A DNA stretch of 64,000 nucleotides from an uncultured bacterium (GTDB lineage: Bacteria; Krumholzibacteriota; Krumholzibacteriia; LZORAL124-64-63): positions 32,001 to 96,000 of the forward strand of contig CAVSZB010000004.1 in NCBI GenBank assembly GCA_963732385.1, in the 5' to 3' direction. Within the stretch, counting starts at the first letter, position 1, and each line of letters starts with the position of its first letter. Positions 27,195-35,442 of the stretch are shown piece by piece. Made by a program: the position numbers and the translations under genes. The notes under the pieces are model-generated. The model saw only the letters and a program-made list of their open reading frames with translations. It had not been told where the DNA came from and ran no database searches.

Positions 27195-28934
27195 ATGGAA
27201 CATCAGGGATATCGCACTCATCGTGGCATGGGCGGAGTAGCCCGGACCCGTCACGGGTCGGCGCGGCTCTCCCTGCTGCTCGTCGCGCTGTTGCTGGTTC
27301 CCCTTGCCGGAGCGGCGAACCCCGCTGCGAATCCGCCCGACGATGGCGTCGGGCCGAACTGGACCGGCTACGAGACTCAGCCGCTGCGCGTGAACATTAC
27401 GCAAGGACGCGGCGATGGAGATACGTACCGCCGGGGAGAGCAGATCAACATCTTATTCGAGGCGAACCAGGACGCCTACGCAGTCGTCTACCGCATCGAC
27501 TCCGATGGCGGGGTCACCATCCTCTGGCCACGTAGTCGGCTCGACGACGGCTTTGTCTTCGGCCGTCATCAGTACAGCCTGCCGGCCGCCGGGGCGCCCC
27601 GCCTGCGCGCCGGTTCCGAGCCGGGAGTCGAGTATGTCGAAGCCGTGGTCTCCCTGTACCCCTTCGACCTGCGGGATATCGAGGTGGACTTTCATCACGA
27701 GCCCGCGGACGAAGACTATCGCTACGCGGTAGCCGGTGATCCTTTCCTGGCGATGAACGAGGTCAATCACGCGATCACCCGCCTGGAAAACGCCGAGGAC
27801 TTCGTCGTGACGAACTACGTCAGCTACTTCGTCGAACGCCGGGTGGAGCATCCCCGCTACCTGTGCAGTCAGTGCCACGCCGGCGAGAACTACGATCCTT
27901 ACCGTGCGAGCTGCACGATCGCGATTCATCACGACTACGACTGGTCCAACCGCTGGTACGTCCGTTTCGGCTATTACCCGGTCTACCAGTACCCGGCCTA
28001 CTACTATGTCGATCCCTGGAGTTCGCGGCCGTGGATCAACTACTGGTACACCCCCTGGTATGACTGGCCGGGCTACGCGGTGTACGACTGGCCGTTCAGT
28101 TGCTACGTCTGGAACTATTCTCCCTACTGGCATGATGACGCCTGGAGCCGCTGGAAGTCAGGCGATCGTCGCTACACGCCGCTAGACAAGCGCGATATCC
28201 GTGACGAACGCTGGCGGCAGAAGCAGATCGCGCGTTCCACACCGTTCGTCCGCGAGGCGCGTCCGCCGCGCGACGTGGAAGAGGTCCTGCGCACCCGTAC
28301 GAAGCTCGACCGCGATAGGGTCCGCGTGCTGGGGGGCGGGGGCGGCGGACGCGGGGACTTCGCGAACGTGTCCCCCGACCTGCGCCAGCCGGTAACCTTC
28401 AGCGAGGGCCCGCGTCGTGACGCTCGCGAAGGCGGTCTGCGCGTGCGTGAAGACAGGGCACGGGGCGGCCGGGTGCCGCCGGTCGCAGGAGCACGGACGC
28501 GTCTCGGGGACGAACGGCCCGGCCCTGCGCGTCCGGTGTCGCCGGCGCGTGGCACTACCGACCGTGGCGCCATCAGGCCGCTCGATCCACGCAAGCCCGT
28601 CGCTCGTATCTGGTCGGGTGGACGGGGCGGATCGACCACCGAGCAGGGCGAGCGGACAGCGCCCGAGGCCCGTCGTGGGCGCGACACGAAGCCCGTGCGG
28701 GTGCGGGACGGGAGCGGAGAGACGCAGACGCCCGAATCCTCGCGCGGACAGGCGGTCCGCGGCGATAATCGTTCCTCAACCGACCGTCCCACACCGTCGC
28801 TGCGCCGCGAGGATCGCCCGACATCGCCCCCCTCGGCGCGTGCCGGGGGCGGTCCGAGCACAGCGCGTCCGGCGAGTGGCGGAGGCCGGACCAAGGGCGG
28901 CCAGGAAGATAACGGCGAGCAGCGCCGGCGCTGA
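27195..28934 (+). CDS. Secreted DUF4384-like protein with a CxxCH motif, Tyr/Trp/Pro-rich segment and disordered Arg-rich tail
   Basis: GAGGAGG RBS; hydrophobic signal; 'YRRGEQINILFEANQDAYAVVYRIDSDGGVTILWP'; CSQCH. Confidence 0.7.
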   Translation: MEHQGYRTHRGMGGVARTRHGSARLSLLLVALLLVPLAGAANPAANPPDDGVGPNWTGYETQPLRVNITQGRGDGDTYRRGEQINILFEANQDAYAVVYRIDSDGGVTILWPRSRLDDGFVFGRHQYSLPAAGAPRLRAGSEPGVEYVEAVVSLYPFDLRDIEVDFHHEPADEDYRYAVAGDPFLAMNEVNHAITRLENAEDFVVTNYVSYFVERRVEHPRYLCSQCHAGENYDPYRASCTIAIHHDYDWSNRWYVRFGYYPVYQYPAYYYVDPWSSRPWINYWYTPWYDWPGYAVYDWPFSCYVWNYSPYWHDDAWSRWKSGDRRYTPLDKRDIRDERWRQKQIARSTPFVREARPPRDVEEVLRTRTKLDRDRVRVLGGGGGGRGDFANVSPDLRQPVTFSEGPRRDAREGGLRVREDRARGGRVPPVAGARTRLGDERPGPARPVSPARGTTDRGAIRPLDPRKPVARIWSGGRGGSTTEQGERTAPEARRGRDTKPVRVRDGSGETQTPESSRGQAVRGDNRSSTDRPTPSLRREDRPTSPPSARAGGGPSTARPASGGGRTKGGQEDNGEQRRR

Positions 28935-29153
28935 TCCGGACAGGTTGCTCGTCAATTGTTCCCCCCAGCCGCCGGTCGGGGGGGCGCGGATCCGATCCCT
29001 GAAGAGGTTGGCAGCCAAGGGGAACGGGAGCCGCGACAGCCGACCGGCGGTGGTCATCAATGCCGGAGGGGACCGGGGTGAAGCTGTTGTCGATCAGGGG
29101 CGACAATATCGGATCCCCGGCCCTTCCGGACTCTTTCGTCGGCTGACCCTGCG

Positions 29154-29183
29154 TTGACGGGGTCGGCCGTTCGTCCTTATAAT
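29154..29183 (+). promoter_or_regulatory. Sigma70-type promoter
   Basis: TTGACG, 18-nt spacer, TATAAT; upstream of the ATG at 29242. Confidence 0.55.
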
Positions 29184-29241
29184 CGCCACATCTGTGGCCC
29201 GCCCGCGACGAATCCCCGCGCGACCCGTGAGGAAGATCGGC

Positions 29242-30036
29242 ATGCCGAAGTCGCCCAGTTCCCGGATCGGTGTTTCCGTGCCACATCCTGTCCGATGCCG
29301 GCGTTGGTGTGCGCTCCAGGCCGGTGTGATGCTGGTGCTGCTCGTCGCGGCCGTCGCCGTGCCGGCCGCTCCCGGGCCGTTGTCCCGCGCGCCCCGGCTG
29401 TTGCCGTCGGCGGTGCGGGAGGCCCTGGCCGAGCGGTCGGCACCGCTGCTCGCTGACGGTTCCCGTACCCTGCAACGCCAGCGTCTCGCGGGAGTCAGCC
29501 CCGCGGATACGCTGTCAGTGGTCGTGCTGCTCTGCGACTTCGCTGACAGTTTGCTGTATGGTCGGTATGGCACGGTTCCGGGCGAGTTTCCACCGCCCCG
29601 GCAGAGCGATTTCTACTATGCGGCGCACGACTCGCTTTTTTTCGCGCATCAGTTTGCCGACGTGGCCGCGTACTTCGACGCTGTCAGCGGCGGGCGTCTC
29701 ACGGTGCGCTGCGCGGTCGTGGGGGCCGTGGCGAATCTGGCCCGGCCGATGGGCTGGTATGGCGATCACCCCTTGGCGGGTGAGCAGCCGGTGTTGCTGG
29801 CGCGGGACGTGATCGCGGCACTCGACAACAGGGTGGACTTCTCACGCTTCGACACCGTGGTCATCGTACACGCGGGAGCGGGTGAGGAAACCGATCTGCT
29901 GAACGATTCGCCGGAACAGATCTACAGCACCTACCTCGGCCCCGAGGACTTTGCCCGCGCGGCGGAAGATACGATGCTGACCCGGCCTTACCTGCCCACC
30001 GACGATGTCGATGGGGGGGGGATCCGGTCGTTGTGA
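29242..30036 (+). CDS. N-terminal part of an M6 (immune inhibitor A)-like secreted protein; frameshifted at a G9 tract
   Basis: Signal-like region; 'VVLLCDFAD...YFDAVSGG...VDFSRFD..VIVHAGAGEE' is the M6 N-terminal pattern; the ORF ends just after G9 at 30013-30021. Confidence 0.7.
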   Translation: MPKSPSSRIGVSVPHPVRCRRWCALQAGVMLVLLVAAVAVPAAPGPLSRAPRLLPSAVREALAERSAPLLADGSRTLQRQRLAGVSPADTLSVVVLLCDFADSLLYGRYGTVPGEFPPPRQSDFYYAAHDSLFFAHQFADVAAYFDAVSGGRLTVRCAVVGAVANLARPMGWYGDHPLAGEQPVLLARDVIAALDNRVDFSRFDTVVIVHAGAGEETDLLNDSPEQIYSTYLGPEDFARAAEDTMLTRPYLPTDDVDGGGIRSL

Positions 30037-32714
30037 ATCAGGTGCTGGTGCTGCCGGAAACGGAATTCCAGGATCCGTTCGCCGGTTTCGGCGGCTACTT
30101 CGGCTCCCTGGGGGTCTACTGTTTCGAGATTGGACTGCGTCTGGGTATGTTTTCGCTGAGCGACTTCACGCCGGCGGGGCATCCCGACAGTCAGGGCGTG
30201 GGCGAATTCGACCTGATGGGCTACGGACTGTTCGTTGGCGCCGGCTTTATCCCCTGCCAGCCTTCCGCCTTCAACAAGCTCCTCATGGGCTGGATCGAAC
30301 CGTATGCCGTCGAACCGGGCGCCGGAGGGGTTTGGCGTCTGGATCCGATCGAGAGTGCGACCGGGGATTCGCTGGCGGCGCGGGTGGAGATCGGCGGACG
30401 GGAGTACTGGCTGCTCGAGTACCGCCTGCAGGATCCTGACGGGAACCGCATCTTCTCCTTCGCCGGTGATCTCAACGGCAACAATATCCCCGATTTTCTG
30501 GACGCGAATTCGGCCAACGGTGATGGCACCCCGACCGGTTTATTCGATCCCGCGACCGACACGCGTGAACTGCTGACCGGCGCCGAGTGGGACTTCTTCA
30601 TGAGCGAGAACCAGGCGCGGCAGCCAGGCGTGAAGGGAGCCGGCAGCGGGCTGTATGTCTGGCATGTCGACGAGGGGGTGATCACAGACGCCATCGAGGC
30701 GGAGGGAAGTCTCTTCAACTCCGATCCGCGCCGTAAGTCCGTCGATCTGGAGGAGGCCGACGGCATCCAGGATCTCGACTCGCGCCAGCCCTCGGAGTAC
30801 ATGCTCGGTGGCGACTTCGACAGCTTCCGGGGCGAGGACAACGCCACGTTCGGCCCGACGACCAACCCCGACAGCCGCTCAGCCGGCGGCGCCTGGACCG
30901 GCGTGGTGATCGATCAGATCGCCAACGTGGTGGCCGACTCCAGCGCGATCTCCACCGTCCCGCCACGGATATTCATTCGCTACGCCGACCATCTGACTTT
31001 CCGCTGCCGGCGAAACGAACCGGACACCGGCCCCGTGTTGGGCGTGGAGCGGCGGCTGGACGGCGTCGATCTTGCCGGTTCGCACCTGCTGGCGGTGGAT
31101 CTCGACGCGCCGCCCGATGGCCGGCTGGAGATCGTCGCCGGAGGGGCGCGTGGCGAGGTTTTCGCCTTTGAGTCGGACCTGTCCGAGCAGTACGACGGTG
31201 ACGCCACTCCCGCCACCAGCGGGATCCTGGCGATCGGGACCGACGCCGAAGGTGTGCCGGTGCGCTGGAACGGGCCTGCCGCCGCCGGCGATCTCGACGG
31301 GGACGGTCGGCAGGAGATCCTGCTCTGCGGACCGCATGGTCTGTACGCTTTCGACGGTGAGGACGGTCGTGAGCTTGCCGATGGTGACGACGATCCGGAC
31401 AGCTTCGGGCTGCTGGCGCCTCTGGAGCATTGCGCGCTGCCTCCGGTTCTGATTCCCGCCACAGGCGGTGTCGAGGCCTATGACCCGGGCCGCAGCGTCG
31501 TGGCCTGCGTGGTCGAGACGTACGGTGAGCCGGCGCGATCGCGTTTGCGCTGGTTCGACGCCGACGGACGGGACGCTCTGCCGCCGCTGTTGCTGGGGAC
31601 CGTCTCCGTCCTGGCGCCACCGACTCCGGTTGCCGCGACGCGTCTGGCGCTCGCGGTGGTGGATACGGCGACAGGAGAGTCGACGTTGCGGTTGGTCACG
31701 TGGGCCCCGCCGGCGACACCGGTCGTCGCGGCGACCTGGCCGCTCTCCCTGACCCCGGGGACGGCGCCCCTGCTGGCGGTCGTGGCCGAGGGTCCGCTGC
31801 GGGGCGCCGTGATCGTGGACTCGGAGGGTGCGGCCGAGACCGTGTGGTGGAACGAAAACGAGGAATTCGTGCGGCGGGATGCCTGGCCGATCGACTCACC
31901 GGTGCGCAGCCCGCTGTCGGCCGGCTGTGCTTATGTTGGCCAGGGGAGTCTGGCGAGAGTGACGGTTGTGGGCGCGCCGCTTACCGGCTGGCCGATGCGT
32001 CCCCGGCCGGAGATCGACGCCGCACCGGCCGCGATGGCCCCCGCGCCGCTGGAAGCGCGGTCGGCCGGCAGGGATCTGACGCTTTTCCAGAGCCGCGACG
32101 GCCGTCTCTATCTGAACGGGGATGATGGTCGCACCCAGGCCGGCTGGCCGGTGGCGGGACCTTCCGCAGCGTCCGGGACCGGTCTGCTCATCGATCTGGA
32201 CGGCGATTCCAGCCTGGAAATCTGCGTGGTGGGAGCTTTCGCGCGCATCGAGGGCCGGAACGTGGAGACGGGCGGCCTGCGCACGGATCCGGTTTCGCGC
32301 CTGGCGATCTACCGCACGGGGATCGTGGCGGAAGGTGATGGCGGTCCGGGCTGGTCGACATGGCAGGGGAATCCGTGGCGCTGGCCCCTGACGCGCCCGC
32401 AGTCCGTCGCCCCGACGTTGCCGGAGCTGATCTTGGCGGGAAGCCACATCTGCTATCCGACGCCGCTGGACCGCGGCCCCCTGCACGTGCGGGCCGAATT
32501 CGGGGCCGCGTGTGTGGCGCAGGCCACGCTGTATGATCTGATGGGCCAACTGGTGGCGACTTCGACGGCCGTGGCCATTCCTGGCCGCGGGCCGGGTGAG
32601 ATCGTGCTGTCGGCGGAGGGACTCGCCAGCGGGCTTTACCTCTGCCGACTGGTCGCTGAAAGGGCGGGGCTGCCTACCGGGACCAGTGTGGCTCCGGTGG
32701 CGGTGGTGCGCTGA
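30033..32714 (+). CDS. C-terminal part of the M6-like protein with FG-GAP-like repeats and a T9SS-like C-terminal domain
   Basis: 'VLPETE...LGVYCFEIGLRLG...GEFDLMGYG...KLLMGWI', GDLDGDGRQEI and DLDGDSSLEI repeats, C-terminal 'YPTP...YDLMGQLV...LASGLYLCRL'. Confidence 0.75.
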   Translation: MNQVLVLPETEFQDPFAGFGGYFGSLGVYCFEIGLRLGMFSLSDFTPAGHPDSQGVGEFDLMGYGLFVGAGFIPCQPSAFNKLLMGWIEPYAVEPGAGGVWRLDPIESATGDSLAARVEIGGREYWLLEYRLQDPDGNRIFSFAGDLNGNNIPDFLDANSANGDGTPTGLFDPATDTRELLTGAEWDFFMSENQARQPGVKGAGSGLYVWHVDEGVITDAIEAEGSLFNSDPRRKSVDLEEADGIQDLDSRQPSEYMLGGDFDSFRGEDNATFGPTTNPDSRSAGGAWTGVVIDQIANVVADSSAISTVPPRIFIRYADHLTFRCRRNEPDTGPVLGVERRLDGVDLAGSHLLAVDLDAPPDGRLEIVAGGARGEVFAFESDLSEQYDGDATPATSGILAIGTDAEGVPVRWNGPAAAGDLDGDGRQEILLCGPHGLYAFDGEDGRELADGDDDPDSFGLLAPLEHCALPPVLIPATGGVEAYDPGRSVVACVVETYGEPARSRLRWFDADGRDALPPLLLGTVSVLAPPTPVAATRLALAVVDTATGESTLRLVTWAPPATPVVAATWPLSLTPGTAPLLAVVAEGPLRGAVIVDSEGAAETVWWNENEEFVRRDAWPIDSPVRSPLSAGCAYVGQGSLARVTVVGAPLTGWPMRPRPEIDAAPAAMAPAPLEARSAGRDLTLFQSRDGRLYLNGDDGRTQAGWPVAGPSAASGTGLLIDLDGDSSLEICVVGAFARIEGRNVETGGLRTDPVSRLAIYRTGIVAEGDGGPGWSTWQGNPWRWPLTRPQSVAPTLPELILAGSHICYPTPLDRGPLHVRAEFGAACVAQATLYDLMGQLVATSTAVAIPGRGPGEIVLSAEGLASGLYLCRLVAERAGLPTGTSVAPVAVVR

Positions 32715-32816
32715 GGCGGCGGCTTCCGGTGTGGCGCCTCGGACACGGCATTCGTTAGTATGGTGATGCCCCCGGGACGGCGATGTCCGTCGCGTGGCGG
32801 CGCAGAAAGGCGGATC

Positions 32817-33758
32817 ATGGCGCGCGTGAACATGCGAATCGGGACGGTGGCGCTGTGGGCGCTGGCCGCCACCCTGGCCACCGGAGTTTCCGCGGCGCGG
32901 GCCGGAAAGCCGGGCGACGCCGGCCTCCTTTTCCTGCGGATGCCGGTGGGGGCGCGCGAAAGCGCGATGGGCGGCGCCGGAGTGGCCGCGCCGACAGGCG
33001 CGGCGGCGGTCTGGTGGAATCCGGCCCGCCTGGCGCTGGCGGGCGGCGGGACCGACCTCCTGCTGCAGCATCAGCGGCTCTACGGCCTGTTCAGCAAGGA
33101 GAGCGCCTGCCTGGCCCACCGCGCGGCGGGGGGCGTGATCGGGGTGCAGTTTTCCGGTTTCTATGCCGACGAGATCGATCGTTACGAGGAGGACACGGTC
33201 GGCGTCCCGCTGGGGACGTTCAAACCATACGACGTCGCCTTCGGCGTGAGCTACGCCCGGCAGGTTGCCGACCGGGTGGCGGTGGGGGCGACCGTGAAAG
33301 TACTGTACGAGAAGATCGACATCTACAGCGACACCGGTTTCGCCGCGGACCTGTTCGTCAGCCACGAAGCGGTGATCGAGGGACTCGTTCTCGGCGCTTC
33401 CGTGACGAATCTGGGCGGACAGATCAATCTGAATGCCGAGCCGTTCGACCTGCCCACCGCGGTGAGGCTGGGCGCTGCCTACGATCCGTCGCACCCGTTC
33501 CTGCGCGGGAAGGTGACGCTGGCCGGAGACATTTTCATGCCCAATGATGGCAATGCGAAGGCGCACATCGGGGCGGAGTACCGGATCGTACCGGAATTCG
33601 CGCTGCGGTTCGGATCGCGTGTCAACTACGACAATCAGGGGTTGACCGCCGGGCTGGGTCTGCGCAAGGGGACGCTCGAGGTGGGCTATGCCTTCGAGGA
33701 GTCCAAGGTTGTGGGTTTCGACGACCTGCACAAGTTCTCGCTCGAACTGCACTACTAA
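32817..33758 (+). CDS. PorV/PorQ-family outer-membrane beta-barrel protein
   Basis: Signal peptide; 'FLRMPVGARESAMGGA...AVWWNPARL', 'NLGG...LPTAVRLG', C-terminal 'HKFSLELHY'. Confidence 0.85.
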   Translation: MARVNMRIGTVALWALAATLATGVSAARAGKPGDAGLLFLRMPVGARESAMGGAGVAAPTGAAAVWWNPARLALAGGGTDLLLQHQRLYGLFSKESACLAHRAAGGVIGVQFSGFYADEIDRYEEDTVGVPLGTFKPYDVAFGVSYARQVADRVAVGATVKVLYEKIDIYSDTGFAADLFVSHEAVIEGLVLGASVTNLGGQINLNAEPFDLPTAVRLGAAYDPSHPFLRGKVTLAGDIFMPNDGNAKAHIGAEYRIVPEFALRFGSRVNYDNQGLTAGLGLRKGTLEVGYAFEESKVVGFDDLHKFSLELHY

Positions 33759-33831
33759 CCGACGCGTCGGGAGCGTCGAAGGGACGGTCGCGCGCAGGGC
33801 GGAACCCCCGCGCGCCGCGTTTCGGGTCGGA

Positions 33832-34614
33832 TCAGGCGTCGCCCTCGATGTCTCGAGGGGGCAGGTCGGGCAGGGGGTCCTGCGCGAAGTCGAGCAGGTC
33901 GAAGTCGCCGTGGCGCAGGAGACCGTACCCCTCGGTCTGCAGCCACCCAGCAAGGCAGGCCAGGGTCCGGCCGGCGTGCTTGGTGACATAGGGATGATGG
34001 ACATGACCGATGACGAGCAGGTCCCACGGTGCATCTCCGGCTGCGACGAGCTGCTCGCGGGCGCGTCGCTCGATCAGCGAGACCTCGTCGCGCGAGGCCA
34101 TCCGGCTGGTGCCGCTCAGCCAGGTGGAAAAGGCGTACAGCAATTCCGGGTGCAGGGTCTTCGCGCAAAGCACCGCGCTGCGCCTACGGACGAGGGCGCG
34201 GAAGGAGCGGTAGGCCATCCCTCGGGCCAGGAAGCCGTCCCCGTGGTCTAGCCGCACGCGCAGCGTTCCGAACCCGAGCGTGACCGCCTCGCCGTCGCCG
34301 GTCGTGCCGTAGCGCCGCCGCAGGTACTCGGTGGCCCAGATGTCGTGATTGCCGCCGACGAAATGCAGCCGCGTCCCCGCGGCGCGCACAGCATCGAGGG
34401 CGAGGAGCAGTTCCTCGTACCCGTCCAGCCGGAAGTGCGGATAAGCGAACCAGAAATCGAAGATATCACCCAGCAGGACGAGATCGGTGGCGCGGCGTGA
34501 AAATTTGAGAAACTCCAGGAACCGCTCGAGGCGGTTCCGCTCGGCGGCGTCGGGACGAAGATGGAAATGGCTGTCGGCGACGAACAGCACGGTCGATGCG
34601 ATACGGTTGCTCAT
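33832..34614 (-). CDS. lpxH: UDP-2,3-diacylglucosamine diphosphatase (metallophosphoesterase)
   Basis: ADSHF, LLGDIFDFW, GGNHD, HGDG, GHVH motifs. Confidence 0.8.
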   Translation of the reverse strand: MSNRIASTVLFVADSHFHLRPDAAERNRLERFLEFLKFSRRATDLVLLGDIFDFWFAYPHFRLDGYEELLLALDAVRAAGTRLHFVGGNHDIWATEYLRRRYGTTGDGEAVTLGFGTLRVRLDHGDGFLARGMAYRSFRALVRRRSAVLCAKTLHPELLYAFSTWLSGTSRMASRDEVSLIERRAREQLVAAGDAPWDLLVIGHVHHPYVTKHAGRTLACLAGWLQTEGYGLLRHGDFDLLDFAQDPLPDLPPRDIEGDA

Positions 34615-34694
34615 GAGGCCATCTTTGTATAAGAATGAGACGCCCGCCGCAACTGCGATCTGCGCGGGGTGGTCGCGACGCGCGAGGAGGCACC

Positions 34695-35273
34695 ATGTCG
34701 CTGTGGGAACAGGTCCGGGCCAACATGTCCGATTGGTACGCCGTCGCCGCTGACAAGACGGAGGAGATGGCTCGCATTGGCGTGCGCAAGTACGACAAGT
34801 TCACGATTTCGCGTGATATCGAGCGGGCCTTCACGGATCTGGGAAGCCATGTCTACTCGTCCGTCCGCGAGGGACTGACCGATTTCGCCCACGATGTCGC
34901 GGTTCACGACGCCGTGGAACGGCTGCGCACGCTCGAACTGCAACTCGATCAGAAGGAGCGTGAGATTGCAGTCATCCGGGGGGTGGCCCGGCCCGGCCCG
35001 CATGTCGGCGGCGGGAGCGGAGCGTCTGCGGCGGGTCCTGGCGCGGTGACCAACGCGGATCTTCCCGCCGGCGCCGGGGGCGCGCCACAGACCGGCGAAC
35101 CTGACGATGCCGAGATCGAGGCCTCCCTGGATCCTCTGGGGGGCGTTGGCAGCGGTGCGGAATCCGGCCCCTGGGACGATGAAATCGCGCTCTGGAGCGA
35201 ACCGTTGAATCTCGATGAAGAGTCCGAGGAAACGGGGGGAGCGGCCCGGGACCCGCGCACCGGGATTGATTGA
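34695..35273 (+). CDS. Hypothetical protein with N-terminal coiled coil and acidic disordered tail
   Basis: GGAGG RBS then ATG at 34695; helical N-terminal half. Confidence 0.7.
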   Translation: MSLWEQVRANMSDWYAVAADKTEEMARIGVRKYDKFTISRDIERAFTDLGSHVYSSVREGLTDFAHDVAVHDAVERLRTLELQLDQKEREIAVIRGVARPGPHVGGGSGASAAGPGAVTNADLPAGAGGAPQTGEPDDAEIEASLDPLGGVGSGAESGPWDDEIALWSEPLNLDEESEETGGAARDPRTGID

Positions 35274-35298
35274 CACCCGCGCGATTTTCTGCTAAATT
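35270..35298 (+). promoter_or_regulatory. Sigma70-type promoter upstream of the degP-like gene
   Basis: TTGACA, 17-nt spacer, TAAATT, with an extended -10 TG. Confidence 0.6.
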
Positions 35299-35442
35299 GT
35301 TCTCCTGTTCCCTGCACTGGGCGGCTCGCCACCGCCTGTCCTGCAATGATCCCCTGCCCGAAACCATGAAACGTGGAGACGTTGTGGTGTGCCCTGTCGC
35401 ACGCCGGCAAACGTCGCCGATTCTCCGGCGCGGGAGTGAAGC

